From a virus, in the UHGV virus genome UHGV-0159554: DNA of 41,863 nucleotides; one strand, given 5' to 3'. Numbering within the stretch: the stretch's first letter is position 1; every line of letters starts with the position of its first letter. A program made the position numbers and the translations under genes. A model generated the notes under the pieces. The model searched no databases and was not told the DNA's origin. It saw only the letters and a list, made by a program, of their open reading frames with translations. Shown in pieces: positions 8,114 to 18,209 of this stretch.

Positions 8114-9451
8114 GTGGCAGGTGGAACATGGAGCGCCCAGAACAAGGTGCGGCCTGGCGTCTACATCAACTTTAAGAGCGAATCGGCGGTGGGCTTCACC
8201 GTGGGGACCCGTGGAGTGGTGGCCATTTGTGAGCCGCTGTCCTGGGGCCCCGAGGGACAGGTGACCGAAGTCACCGCCGGCATGGATACTACGCCGATCA
8301 TCGGCTATCCCCTTACGGCGCCTCAGGCCAAGTTTTTGCAGCAGATCTTCCGAGGCACCAACCGCACCTCCGGTGCGGCCCGGGTGCTGCTCTACCGCCC
8401 CATCGGCAGTTCTTCCTCCCAGGCGACTGCTACGGTGGAGCCCCTGACTGCCACCGCCCGGTATCCGGGCACTCGGGGCAACAGCATCACCATCGTGGTC
8501 ACTGCTCTGCCGGATGAGGAGGACAGCTTTCAGGTGGATACCATCGTAGATGCGGAGGTGGTGGACCGACAGACCGCCGCCACGGTGGAGCAGCTCACCC
8601 CCAACGACTGGGTGAACTGGAGCGGTACCGGGGCACTGGCTGCCAGTGCTGGAACACCGCTCACCGGCGGCAGCGATGGCACGGTGTCCAGCGCCGGATA
8701 TGCGGCATTTCTCACTGCTATTGAGCCCTATCGCTTTGATATCCTCATCTATGACGGCACGGACGCTGCCACCCTCACCGCCATGAGCAGTTTTGTGAAG
8801 CGGATGTGTGAGGAGAACGGCCAGCACTGCCAGCTGGTGGCCAGCTTTTCCACAGCACCGGACAGCCGCTATATCATCAATGTTCAGTCCGGCCTGCATC
8901 TTGCCGATGGAAGCACACTGAGCATGCAGCAGGCCTGCTGGTGGGTAGGCGGAGCGGAGGCCGGGGCACAGTCCAATCAGAGCCTGACCTATGCCGCCCA
9001 TCCCGACGCCGTAGCCCCGGACCCGGTGCTCACCGGCAGCCAGGTGGAAGCGGCGCTGTCCGACGGACACCTGGTGTTCACTGCCGACTATGATACGGTA
9101 CACATCGAGCAGGATATCAACAGTCTCACCACCTATACACAGGAGATCGGAAAGGTGTTCCGCAAAAACCGGGTGATGCGTCTCTGCAACGCCATTGCCA
9201 ATGATATCTACCAGCAGTTTTCATCCAGCTATCTGGGTGTTATCAACAACAACGAAACGGGGCGCAACCTGTTCAAGTCGGCGGTGGTCAGTTACCTGCT
9301 GACACTGCAGGGACAGGAGGCGATCCGGAATTTTTCTGCCGACGATGTGGAAGTGCTCGCCGGCGAGGAGATCGACAGCATCGTGGTCAATCTGGCTGTT
9401 CAGGCGGTGGACGCCATCGAGAAGGTCTACATGACCGTCACCGTGTCGTAA
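8114..9451 (+). CDS. Tail sheath protein (XkdK-like)
   Basis: AGGTW..QNKVRPGVYINF, LSWGP, KNRVMR motifs. Confidence 0.92.
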   Translation: MAGGTWSAQNKVRPGVYINFKSESAVGFTVGTRGVVAICEPLSWGPEGQVTEVTAGMDTTPIIGYPLTAPQAKFLQQIFRGTNRTSGAARVLLYRPIGSSSSQATATVEPLTATARYPGTRGNSITIVVTALPDEEDSFQVDTIVDAEVVDRQTAATVEQLTPNDWVNWSGTGALAASAGTPLTGGSDGTVSSAGYAAFLTAIEPYRFDILIYDGTDAATLTAMSSFVKRMCEENGQHCQLVASFSTAPDSRYIINVQSGLHLADGSTLSMQQACWWVGGAEAGAQSNQSLTYAAHPDAVAPDPVLTGSQVEAALSDGHLVFTADYDTVHIEQDINSLTTYTQEIGKVFRKNRVMRLCNAIANDIYQQFSSSYLGVINNNETGRNLFKSAVVSYLLTLQGQEAIRNFSADDVEVLAGEEIDSIVVNLAVQAVDAIEKVYMTVTVS

Positions 9452-9467
9452 GAGAGGAGGGAACAAT

Positions 9468-9947
9468 ATGGCTTATCTGCTTGCAAAGGACACCGTCAAC
9501 GGCGCAGAAGGAAAGATCTTCATCACCCGAAACGGAAAGAACATCGAGATCGCCGGCATGCGCAACATCACCACCAACGCCGAGATCCAGAACAGCGATA
9601 TGCGGGTCATCGGCACCCGCAAGATCCAGCAGAAGGCGAATGGAGTCAAACAGACCGGTACCGGCAATATCTACTACGGCAGCAACATCTTCACCGATAT
9701 GGTGCTGGAGTACATCACCACCGGCATCATGCCGGAGTTTGACATTCAGATCACCAACACCGACAAGGCGTCTGCTACGCTGGGCAGCCAGGTGATGGCC
9801 TACTATGGCTGTACGCTCACCGGCACCATCCCTCTCTCGGTCCTCAATGACGAGGAGGCGATGCTGAATTACGACTTTAACTTTGCTTACACCGATCTGG
9901 CCCGTCTGCAGGCCTTTTCCGACCCGGCCCGCCTGGGCAGTGAATAA
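9468..9947 (+). CDS. Tail tube protein (XkdM-like)
   Basis: Follows sheath; 159 aa; DTVNGAEG motif. Confidence 0.88.
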   Translation: MAYLLAKDTVNGAEGKIFITRNGKNIEIAGMRNITTNAEIQNSDMRVIGTRKIQQKANGVKQTGTGNIYYGSNIFTDMVLEYITTGIMPEFDIQITNTDKASATLGSQVMAYYGCTLTGTIPLSVLNDEEAMLNYDFNFAYTDLARLQAFSDPARLGSE

Positions 9948-9961
9948 AGGAGGAACCAACT

Positions 9962-10378
9962 ATGTCAAATCTCAACGCATTTCTCAACCCCATCAGCCTG
10001 GTGGAGGAAAAGGAGGTCGTGATCAGCGACCGGTTCCGCGATGCAGAGGGCAATCCTGTGCCGTTCCGCATCCGCTCCATCTCGCAGGAGGAAAATGAAG
10101 CCCTCTCCCGCAAATGCCGGAAGGTGCACAAGGTAGAGGGCCGGCAACAGGAGTACTTTGACGGGCTGGAATACAACCGGCGTCTGGTGGTGGCTTGCAC
10201 CATTTACCCCGACTTTGCCGATGCACAGCTCTGCGACCACTATGGTGTCATGGATCCCCTGATGGTGCCCGGCAAGATGCTGCTCGGCGGCGAATATGCC
10301 GCCCTGCTCAGTGCCATCACTTCTCTGTGCGGCTTTAATCAGATGGCTGTGGAGCTGGGGGAAGAAGTAAAAAACTGA
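9962..10378 (+). CDS. Tail assembly chaperone (XkdN-like)
   Basis: ISDRF, LLGGEY motifs; ends EEVKN on a slippery sequence. Confidence 0.85.
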   Translation: MSNLNAFLNPISLVEEKEVVISDRFRDAEGNPVPFRIRSISQEENEALSRKCRKVHKVEGRQQEYFDGLEYNRRLVVACTIYPDFADAQLCDHYGVMDPLMVPGKMLLGGEYAALLSAITSLCGFNQMAVELGEEVKN

Positions 10379-10557
10379 TGGAAGGGCCAGCTCCAGACGC
10401 AGACACGCAGATCGCGTACTATTGCTTTGAAAACTGGGGGTGGCCCCCATCCAAATATCTGGCCCTGCCGGTCAGAGAAAGAATCCTGGTGGCGGAATTC
10501 TGCCGCAGGAGCGCACAGAACCAGATGAAGCTAAAGGCGAAAGCAGGTGACTTGTAA
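10369..10557 (+). CDS. -1 frameshift extension of the tail assembly chaperone
   Basis: A AAA AAC heptamer at 10369-10375; -1 frame open to TAA 10557 (LMEGPAPDADTQIAYYCFENWGWPPSKYL...). Confidence 0.75.
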   Translation, partial: KKLMEGPAPDADTQIAYYCFENWGWPPSKYLALPVRERILVAEFCRRSAQNQMKLKAKAGDL

Positions 10558-12654
10558 ATGGCAACGATACAGGAGGAGCTTGTTCTGGTGGATCGCTTTT
10601 CCCCGACCTTTTCCCGGTATAATCAGATGGCAGCGGTGGCCAGCGGCCAGACCACGATGGCGGCCGCTGCAGCGACCAACTACCAATCGGTGCTTACCGG
10701 ACTGGATCGCCGGCTTATATCCCTCAACGCACAGTGGCAGTCGGCCTACCAACAGCAGAGGAAAATGGTTGATGCCGGGGTGCAGAGCGGGGCGGCCTTT
10801 GATCAGCTGGACGCCAGACTGGACAGCTTGGGGGCCACGATTCGGGACCTCAACAACCAGTATGACATGGTGGAGCAGCAGATGCGGGAGGCGCAGGGAG
10901 CCGCCGCGGGAGCGGCTGCTGCCCAGAGTGAATACAATGCCGAAATGGTAGCGGGCAAGACGGCGGCAGGGAACCTTACCGGCTCCCTGCGCGGCCTGCT
11001 GGGCACCTATGCCAGCCTGCAGGGAATCCGGGCATTGGCGGGCCTGTCCGATACGATGGCCCAGACTTCCGCCCGGCTGGATATGGTGAATGATCAATTC
11101 GGTACCACGCTGGACCTGAACCAGATGATCTACGAGAGCGCCCAGCGCAGCCGGGGTTCCTATGCGGATACGGCAAACTTTGTAGCCAAGTTGGGTACAC
11201 TGGCCCCGGACGCATTCAGCAGTCCTGAGGAGTTGGTGACCTTTGCTGAACAGATCAATAAGCAGTATGTGCTGGCCGGTACCTCTGCCCAAGGAGCCGA
11301 GGCAGCGACTCTCCAGCTGACACAGGCACTTTCTTCTGGTACCTTGCGGGGAGAAGAATTGAACTCAGTTCTGGAACAGGCTCCAACCATCGTAGGGACC
11401 ATCGGTGACTATCTGGGCAAGACTACCGGAGAGATCCGGGAGATGGCCTCGGAAGGCCTTATTTCCAGTGAAGTGGTCAAAACGGCCATTCTGGATGCGG
11501 CGGGAGAGACAAACGCCAAATTTGAGGAGATGCCCATGACCTGGTCGCAGACATGGACGATGATGAAAAACACCGCCCTGATGTCCGTTCAGCCGGTGCT
11601 GGATGGCGTCAACTGGCTGGCGAATAACATTGATATGATCGGGCCCATTGTACTGGGAGCCGGCGCGGCGTTTGGGGTCTTTCAGATTGCAGCCAATTGG
11701 ACGACCATTGCTGCTACGGCTACCGGTATCTATACTGCGGCAACAAATTTTCTATCCATTGGGTTCGGAGTACTCACTGGAAACACAGCAGCGGCCTCAG
11801 CAGCTGTACACACTTTTAACAGCGCATTGATGGCATCTCCCATCACATGGGCCGTGGGCGGCGTTCTACTGCTCGTCGGAGCTCTGTACGGAGGTGTGGC
11901 GGCTTATAACAAACTTACCGATTCTTCCGTTTCTGCTACGGGAATCATCACTGGCGGTTTAGCGGGTATTGGGGCGGTTGGATATAACACGATGGCACTG
12001 CTGTGGAATAGCATCAGTGACTTTGTCAATTTCTTTGGAAATGTGTTCACTCATCCGATTGCTTCGGTAGAGATCCTCTTTTTGGATATGGTCAGCCATG
12101 TTCTGGGGTATATTTCAAACCTGGCCCAGGGGATTCAGGATCTGGTGAACAAGATCCCCGGCGTCGAGGTAGACCTGACATCCGGCATCAATGGATGGAT
12201 GTCCAAGGTATCCGGCGAGTCGGAACGAATCAAAGCAGAGAGCGGCTGGCAGGAATACGCCGCCCCCTTCGACTACATCAATCCCAGCGACTGGGCTTCC
12301 AAAGCCTATGGCTGGGGAGCTGATCTGAAACTGTTTGGCGGATTTAGCGGGTTTGATCCAGACGAGTGGCTGGCAGACTACTCCCCCAGTATCGACAGCA
12401 TTGCCGCTGATGTGAACAGCATCAAGAAGACCACCAACCTCACCGAAGAGGATCTCCGGTCGATGGTGGACATGGCCGAACGCCGGTATGTAAACAACAT
12501 CAACCTGAGCACCCAGGCGCCGGTGATCCAGGTATATGGCCAGAACACCGGCGATTTTGCCGCCGACAGACGGGCGCTGGGCAATGTGATCAAGGACATC
12601 ATGGTGGAGGAGTTATCCAGCGGTTCGCTGCGTTCCACCGCCCGGGTCAATTAG
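10558..12654 (+). CDS. Tape measure protein
   Basis: 698 aa, Ala-rich helical, QLTQALSSGTLRGEELNSVLEQAP motif, hydrophobic segments. Confidence 0.92.
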   Translation: MATIQEELVLVDRFSPTFSRYNQMAAVASGQTTMAAAAATNYQSVLTGLDRRLISLNAQWQSAYQQQRKMVDAGVQSGAAFDQLDARLDSLGATIRDLNNQYDMVEQQMREAQGAAAGAAAAQSEYNAEMVAGKTAAGNLTGSLRGLLGTYASLQGIRALAGLSDTMAQTSARLDMVNDQFGTTLDLNQMIYESAQRSRGSYADTANFVAKLGTLAPDAFSSPEELVTFAEQINKQYVLAGTSAQGAEAATLQLTQALSSGTLRGEELNSVLEQAPTIVGTIGDYLGKTTGEIREMASEGLISSEVVKTAILDAAGETNAKFEEMPMTWSQTWTMMKNTALMSVQPVLDGVNWLANNIDMIGPIVLGAGAAFGVFQIAANWTTIAATATGIYTAATNFLSIGFGVLTGNTAAASAAVHTFNSALMASPITWAVGGVLLLVGALYGGVAAYNKLTDSSVSATGIITGGLAGIGAVGYNTMALLWNSISDFVNFFGNVFTHPIASVEILFLDMVSHVLGYISNLAQGIQDLVNKIPGVEVDLTSGINGWMSKVSGESERIKAESGWQEYAAPFDYINPSDWASKAYGWGADLKLFGGFSGFDPDEWLADYSPSIDSIAADVNSIKKTTNLTEEDLRSMVDMAERRYVNNINLSTQAPVIQVYGQNTGDFAADRRALGNVIKDIMVEELSSGSLRSTARVN

Positions 12655-12668
12655 AAAGGGGGAGGGGT

Positions 12669-13406
12669 ATGGCCAACAACTACGGCATCTTTTTTACCAA
12701 AGGCAGCACGGTGATCCGTCTGCCGGTAAACCCGGAGGAGCTGCCTGAGAGCCGGGAGAACGCCAACAGCGAATACAATGTGTTGGGGGTGGGCCCCATT
12801 ATGGTGCCCCGTATTCCCCGGCTGAAAACGGTGAGCATCTCCGGTCTGCTTCCCGGCCGCCCGGAGGGTGGCTGGGTGCTTACCAAGGGAGGCTTTGAAC
12901 CACCGGAGTTTTACATCACCTTTTTTGAAGGGGCCATGAAAGACCGGGAACCCATTCTCTATACCCCGGTGCGGTACTATGAGGATGGGGAGGCTTTCAG
13001 CACCGGGGAACCGGGGTTTCAGGTATTGGTGACCGGATTTTCCTATCAGGAGAAGGCCGGGGAGACCGGAGACTTCTACTACGACCTGAACCTCACCGAG
13101 TACCGGGACTATTCCCCGCAGACGGTGGAGGTGCGTCTCAGTTCCGGGCGAGCCACCGCCACTGCCAAAAAAGGGCGCACCAAGCCGGCGGGCCAACTGT
13201 GCGTGGGCGCCACAGTCATTGCCAATGGGAGGTATTACTATTCCAGCTATGGGGACGAACCCTATGGCAACGGGAACGGCCGCCGCTGCAAGGTCAGCCG
13301 GATCATCACCAATGACAGTTCTCGGGCCTACCCGGTGCATATCACCACCGAGAGCGGCGGTTGGCTGGGCTGGACCAAAGCAAGCAGCCTGGAGGTGGTG
13401 GGCTGA
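12669..13406 (+). CDS. XkdP-like baseplate/tail protein with SH3-like C-terminus
   Basis: RLPVNPEE motif, position; C-terminal YPVHI...LGW. Confidence 0.75.
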   Translation: MANNYGIFFTKGSTVIRLPVNPEELPESRENANSEYNVLGVGPIMVPRIPRLKTVSISGLLPGRPEGGWVLTKGGFEPPEFYITFFEGAMKDREPILYTPVRYYEDGEAFSTGEPGFQVLVTGFSYQEKAGETGDFYYDLNLTEYRDYSPQTVEVRLSSGRATATAKKGRTKPAGQLCVGATVIANGRYYYSSYGDEPYGNGNGRRCKVSRIITNDSSRAYPVHITTESGGWLGWTKASSLEVVG

Positions 13407-14362
13407 TGGCGCTGGAACTTTTGGTGGCCGGTTCATCCGGGGAGGTGTGGGACCTGGCTTCCTGCGCCCAGCGGGTGGAATGGAGAACCAGCCGCACCGG
13501 AAGCCCCGGGACGCTTAAATGCACGCTGATCCTGCCGGAAGGCGTCTCCTTTGAGGAGGGGAACACCGTTCGCTTCTCGGAAGATGGGCAGGTGCAGTTT
13601 TTCGGCTGGGTGTTCACCATCAGCCGGGACCGCTGGGGCGTGGTGGAAGTCACCTGTTACGATCGGCTGCGGTATCTCAAAGCCACGGCCTCCTATGCGT
13701 TTTATGCTCAGACTGCCGGTGAGATCATCACCCAGATCGCCGGAGATTTTCAGCTCACCACCGGAACGCTGGCCGATACCGGATACCCCATTCCATCCCT
13801 CATCGAACAGGAGCAGACCTGCCTGGACATCATTGGCGCCGCTGTGGAGCAGACGCTGCTGAACACCGGCGTGCTGTATGTGTTCTACGATGACGGTGAC
13901 GGACTGGCGCTGCAGGAAGCAGCTTCGATGATGTCTGGAGTAGTGATCGGTGACCAGAGTCTGCTCACCGAGTATACCTATAAGACTGATATCGATGAGC
14001 AGACCTACAATTCGGTGAAGCTGGTGCGCCCCAATGAGGAGACCGGCCGGGCGGATGTGTTCGTTGCTCATGATACCGAGACCATCGGCCGGTGGGGGCT
14101 GCTGCAGCTCTACCAGACGGTGGACGGAGCCGTCAACGACGCCCAGATCACTGCCCAGGCGGCAGCTACGCTGGAATATTACAACCACGCCATGCGGACG
14201 CTGCGCATCGAAGCGTTGGGCGTCACCGGCCTGCGGGCGGGGCAGATGGTGCTGGTGAAGATCGATGCCCTGGGCCTGTCCGAATATGCCCTGCTGGAAC
14301 AGGTGACCCACAGCTATGAGAACGATATCCACACGATGACCATCGAAACACTGTCCATGTGA
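13406..14362 (+). CDS. Baseplate hub (XkdQ-like)
   Basis: CYDRLRYLK, IDEQTYNSVKL, WGLLQ motifs. Confidence 0.85.
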   Translation: MALELLVAGSSGEVWDLASCAQRVEWRTSRTGSPGTLKCTLILPEGVSFEEGNTVRFSEDGQVQFFGWVFTISRDRWGVVEVTCYDRLRYLKATASYAFYAQTAGEIITQIAGDFQLTTGTLADTGYPIPSLIEQEQTCLDIIGAAVEQTLLNTGVLYVFYDDGDGLALQEAASMMSGVVIGDQSLLTEYTYKTDIDEQTYNSVKLVRPNEETGRADVFVAHDTETIGRWGLLQLYQTVDGAVNDAQITAQAAATLEYYNHAMRTLRIEALGVTGLRAGQMVLVKIDALGLSEYALLEQVTHSYENDIHTMTIETLSM

Positions 14363-14376
14363 GGAGGAGAATACGG

Positions 14377-14895
14377 ATGCTACTGATCGATGCGCTGCAG
14401 CAGGTCTGCCAGGAATCGATGAAGGCCGCAGGGCTGACCGACCTGCAGATCGGCACTGTCACGGCTGCCGCTCCGCTGGAAGTGACGGTGGACACGCTGA
14501 TGCAGCCGCTGAAGGCCGAGGTGCTCTACCTCACCGAACCGGTGGTGGAGAAGAAGATCCCAGTGCTGACGCACCGGCACACCACCGCCGGCTTCCGGCA
14601 TACCCACGAGATCACAACGCTGGCCCACACCCACACCACCGCCGGGAGTACCACCGGTGAGGGGTTATCGGGCAGTTATCAGACTGGGGAGGGGCTGGAA
14701 CAGGATGCCTTCCAGAGTGATGAGCAGCTGGCAAACATCCTCTGCTATGAGGCCGGGGCGCCGCTCCCGGTGGAGAACGGATTTATCATCCTCAACCGTG
14801 GACTGGCCGTGGGGGATAAGGTGCTGCTGCTCCGGGTACAGTCGGGGCAGAAGTTTATCATCCTCTCCCGTGTGATGAAGGGAGGCGCATCATAG
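14377..14895 (+). CDS. Baseplate spike (XkdR/DUF2577-like)
   Basis: GTVT..PL, GLAVGDKVLLLRVQSGQKF; HxH repeats typical of spike tips. Confidence 0.8.
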   Translation: MLLIDALQQVCQESMKAAGLTDLQIGTVTAAAPLEVTVDTLMQPLKAEVLYLTEPVVEKKIPVLTHRHTTAGFRHTHEITTLAHTHTTAGSTTGEGLSGSYQTGEGLEQDAFQSDEQLANILCYEAGAPLPVENGFIILNRGLAVGDKVLLLRVQSGQKFIILSRVMKGGAS

Positions 14896-15308
14896 TGGCA
14901 ACACTGCCAAACAGCCCCGCCAACCTTACGCAGGGGGTCACCTTTGAGGAACAGCCGTCGCTGACCTGGTATGTGGATCCGGTATCCAGGCAGGTGAAGG
15001 GCACAGCGGACGGCCTGCAGGCAGTGGCCCAGACGGTGGAGATCATCCTGTCGGTGGAGCGGTTTTTCTGGCAGATCTATGGCCCGGATTTTGGGATGCA
15101 GTGGCAGGGACTGATCGGCAAAGACCCGGGCTATGTGGCCAGTGAGTTCCAGCGCCGGGTGCTGGACGCCTTTTCGGTGGATAGCCGCATCAATGGGATC
15201 TCTGAATTTTCCCATGGCGTGGAGGGGGATACCATGACCGTTTCCATGACGGTGGATACGGTATACGGCCCCACCGCACAGACAGTGGAGGTGAAACTGA
15301 ATGCTTGA
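14895..15308 (+). CDS. Baseplate protein (XkdS/DUF2634-like)
   Basis: ER...IY..DFG, DSRI, TVYG motifs. Confidence 0.82.
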   Translation: MATLPNSPANLTQGVTFEEQPSLTWYVDPVSRQVKGTADGLQAVAQTVEIILSVERFFWQIYGPDFGMQWQGLIGKDPGYVASEFQRRVLDAFSVDSRINGISEFSHGVEGDTMTVSMTVDTVYGPTAQTVEVKLNA

Positions 15309-16425
15309 CCTGACAGGCAAGACCTACTCTGCCCTGCTGGCTGAGATGCTGGACCGAGTGCCGGCCCGGTATGACCAGCGGGAGGGAAGTATCATCCAGA
15401 CGGCGCTGGGTCCCGCCGCCTATGTGTTGGAGGGCTTCTATCTGGCGCTGGGCCAGGTGCAGACTTCCGGTTTTGTTCAGACCGCCGTGGGCCAGTCACT
15501 GGACTATCTGGCGGCCATTGCCGGTTTGACCCGGTATCCGGCTTCAGCGGCGGTGCGGCTGGGCGTATTCAATACAGCGGTGCCCATTGGGGCCCGATTC
15601 TCCACAGTGGATGGCAGTGACAGCATCAACTTTCAGGTGACGGCAGCCACAGCGGAGGCGGGAAAATATCAGCTTACCGCCGAGACGCCGGGTGGGGTCG
15701 GTAACCGGTATACCGGCTCGATCCTGCCCATTACCGCCATTCCCGGGCTGACCTCTGCGGTGCTCACCGACATTCTGGTCCCCGGAGATGACGAGGAGAC
15801 CGATGAGGAACTTCGGACCCGACTGATCACTGCTCTGAATGAGCGGCCTTTTGCGGGGAATTTGGCGGCCTACCGGCAGAACATCCTGGCGATCGATGGC
15901 GTGGGGGCAGTACAGGTATATCCCACCTGGGACGGCGGCGGAACGGTGGCCTGTTCCATTTTGGGAGCGGATATGCTGCCGGGCAGCGCCACACTGGTGG
16001 AGAATGTCCAGAACGCCATCGACCCTGAACCGGGGCAGGGACTTGGTCTGGGACTGGCCCCCATCGGCGCCAAGGTGACGATCACCGCCCCGGAAAAGGT
16101 CACGGTGGCTGTCTCCGCCACGGTGACGCTGGCGGCCGGGTATGACATTGGGCAGGTGAAGCCGCTGGTGGAACAGTCGGTGGAGGCCTATCTGCTCACC
16201 GTGCGGCAGAGCTGGTCCACTCAGATCGGAGAGACCGGTGTAGAATATGCTGCCGATGTCTATCTGGCCCGGGTGCTGGCCGCTATTGTGGGGACGACCG
16301 GCGTGGTGAATGCCACCGATGTACAGCTGAACGGCGGCACCGCCGATCTGGTGCTCACCGAGACCGGCGCTTTGCAGCAGGTACCGGTGCTGGGGGAGGT
16401 GACGCTGCATGAGCCTTCGGCTTGA
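15301..16425 (+). CDS. Baseplate J-like protein (XkdT)
   Basis: DQREGSII, GDDEETDEELRTR, GN...Y, APIGA motifs. Confidence 0.9.
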   Translation: MLDLTGKTYSALLAEMLDRVPARYDQREGSIIQTALGPAAYVLEGFYLALGQVQTSGFVQTAVGQSLDYLAAIAGLTRYPASAAVRLGVFNTAVPIGARFSTVDGSDSINFQVTAATAEAGKYQLTAETPGGVGNRYTGSILPITAIPGLTSAVLTDILVPGDDEETDEELRTRLITALNERPFAGNLAAYRQNILAIDGVGAVQVYPTWDGGGTVACSILGADMLPGSATLVENVQNAIDPEPGQGLGLGLAPIGAKVTITAPEKVTVAVSATVTLAAGYDIGQVKPLVEQSVEAYLLTVRQSWSTQIGETGVEYAADVYLARVLAAIVGTTGVVNATDVQLNGGTADLVLTETGALQQVPVLGEVTLHEPSA

Positions 16426-17311
16426 TACACAGTTTCTGCCGCTGCTTCCGACCTGGTTTCAGGAGATCCGGGAGTTCCAGGAGATCTGTTCTACCGAGCA
16501 GCAGGAGGCGGAAGCATTGGCCGCTGCCATCAGCGCCGTAGCGGATAACCTGTTCTTTCAGACGATGGACACCGGATCGGTGCAGATGTGGGAACAGATC
16601 CTGGGGATCGTCCCAAACCCCGCCGCTGAAAGCCTGGAATTTCGCCGGGCCAGAGTGCTCAACCGCATCTCTACCCGGCCGCCCTTTACGCTCGGGTTCC
16701 TCCACCAGAAGCTGGACGAGCTCATCGGTCCTGACCGGTGGCAGGTTACGGTGGACTATCCGAATTATACGCTTTATATCGACAGTGCCGCCGAAAATCA
16801 GGCCTGGGCCACCGAGGTAGCCATCACGGTGAACACCATCAAACCGTGCCACATCGTCTACCGCAGCCGGCCCTATACCCGGGACCTGCTCTATCTGAAC
16901 GAGGGGATCCGTTTGAGCAAGGTGGCGTGGAACTACCGGCTGGGGGCGTGGCTGCTGGGACAGCTGCCCTTTGCACAGGAGGAACCATTGGGGGAGATCA
17001 AAATGCCGACACAGAGATCGATACAGACCGGGCTATTGGAGAACACGGCCGCCTTTGTGGAAGGGGATGTGGCTGCTGCCCGGATCAACGGCAGTGTGAC
17101 CATTTCCGCCCTGACCCGTTCGGTCAGTGGGAACACAGCGACCATCTCATACACCGTTACCGAGGACGAGGCGGATACCGTTACGCTGACGGAGCTGCTG
17201 GACAGCGCCGGTCGGGTGTTGACGGCCTCTGCCGTCTATGTACCCATCTCTGGCTCGGCTATCTTCCGACACATCATCACCATTGAAGAGGGGGTAACAG
17301 CAAATGGCTGA
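16409..17311 (+). CDS. Baseplate wedge protein (XkdU/YmfQ-like)
   Basis: WEQILGI, LEFRRARV, KPCH motifs. Confidence 0.8.
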   Translation: MSLRLDTQFLPLLPTWFQEIREFQEICSTEQQEAEALAAAISAVADNLFFQTMDTGSVQMWEQILGIVPNPAAESLEFRRARVLNRISTRPPFTLGFLHQKLDELIGPDRWQVTVDYPNYTLYIDSAAENQAWATEVAITVNTIKPCHIVYRSRPYTRDLLYLNEGIRLSKVAWNYRLGAWLLGQLPFAQEEPLGEIKMPTQRSIQTGLLENTAAFVEGDVAAARINGSVTISALTRSVSGNTATISYTVTEDEADTVTLTELLDSAGRVLTASAVYVPISGSAIFRHIITIEEGVTANG

Positions 17312-18200
17312 CATCATTCATCCCAACCTGCCGGCGGATCTTCCCACCGACTGGAACACGGCCCAGTATGTTTCACCGAATGGCACTGAGGTGGGGCTCA
17401 GCGAGAAGCACGGCTACAACTACCTGATGCGCCAGCTCAACGATACGCAGACGGCGCTGAATACACTGGCCCGGCAGACCAGACAGGCCGTAGCGGGACT
17501 GGAGGAGGGGGAGTATAACGCCACCGCCACCCGCACCGGTACCACCGTGGCCATCACCGGCCCCGACGGAGCCAAGGCGGTCACCTTTCTGGCCCCGGCC
17601 GACTGGACGGAGGGGGATGGCTATACTTATAACGGAGCTGAAGTTGCGCTGTCTGATCTGAATGGTGGCGCCGTGGCCAACGCCTGGACCGCCGGAGCTC
17701 CGGTGACCTTCTATCTCACCGAAGGCCGGGCCTATTTTGCAGCGGGGGCATCGCAGCTTTCCCCACAGGAGATCCTGGACAAGCTCAAAACAGTGGACGG
17801 CGCAGGCAGTGGGCTGGATGCCGATCTGCTGGATGGGAAGCAGGCAAGCGAGTTTGCACAGCTGGGTACAGATGGGAAAATCCCTGCTGAGCAATTGCCT
17901 TCTGATGTGGGAAAGGATACGGCAGAGGAAATTCTGGAGAAGCTTAAGACAGTAGATGGTGTTGGCAGTGGTTTAGATGCAGATTTGTTGGATGGAAAGA
18001 AGGCAAGCGAATTTGCGGCAGCTATTCATACTCATACAGCCGATCAGATTTTATCAGGAGTTTTACCAGTTAGTGTTATAGCAACCAACAGCACCGATTA
18101 CGGTACAAGTCGACTTCGTAATATCCGAGCCAGTACCACAGATTTGACAGCTGGGTCCAGCCCGCTGGCCAACGGCGAGCTCTATCTTGTTTACGAGTGA
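17304..18200 (+). CDS. Tail fibre protein
   Basis: Position; two DGxGSGLDADLLDG repeats; terminal GELYLVYE. Confidence 0.8.
   Translation: MADIIHPNLPADLPTDWNTAQYVSPNGTEVGLSEKHGYNYLMRQLNDTQTALNTLARQTRQAVAGLEEGEYNATATRTGTTVAITGPDGAKAVTFLAPADWTEGDGYTYNGAEVALSDLNGGAVANAWTAGAPVTFYLTEGRAYFAAGASQLSPQEILDKLKTVDGAGSGLDADLLDGKQASEFAQLGTDGKIPAEQLPSDVGKDTAEEILEKLKTVDGVGSGLDADLLDGKKASEFAAAIHTHTADQILSGVLPVSVIATNSTDYGTSRLRNIRASTTDLTAGSSPLANGELYLVYE
17769..18017 (+). repeat. Internal 30-codon duplication in the tail fibre (17769-17858 and 17928-18017)
   Basis: EILDKLKTVDGAGSGLDADLLDGKQASEFA vs EILEKLKTVDGVGSGLDADLLDGKKASEFA. Confidence 0.9.
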
Positions 18201-18209
18201 GGTGGTTAG

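Noticed and set aside
12669..13406. LysM domain expected in XkdP-like proteins
   Set aside because: No YxVxxGDTL-type motif; the C-terminus looks SH3-like instead
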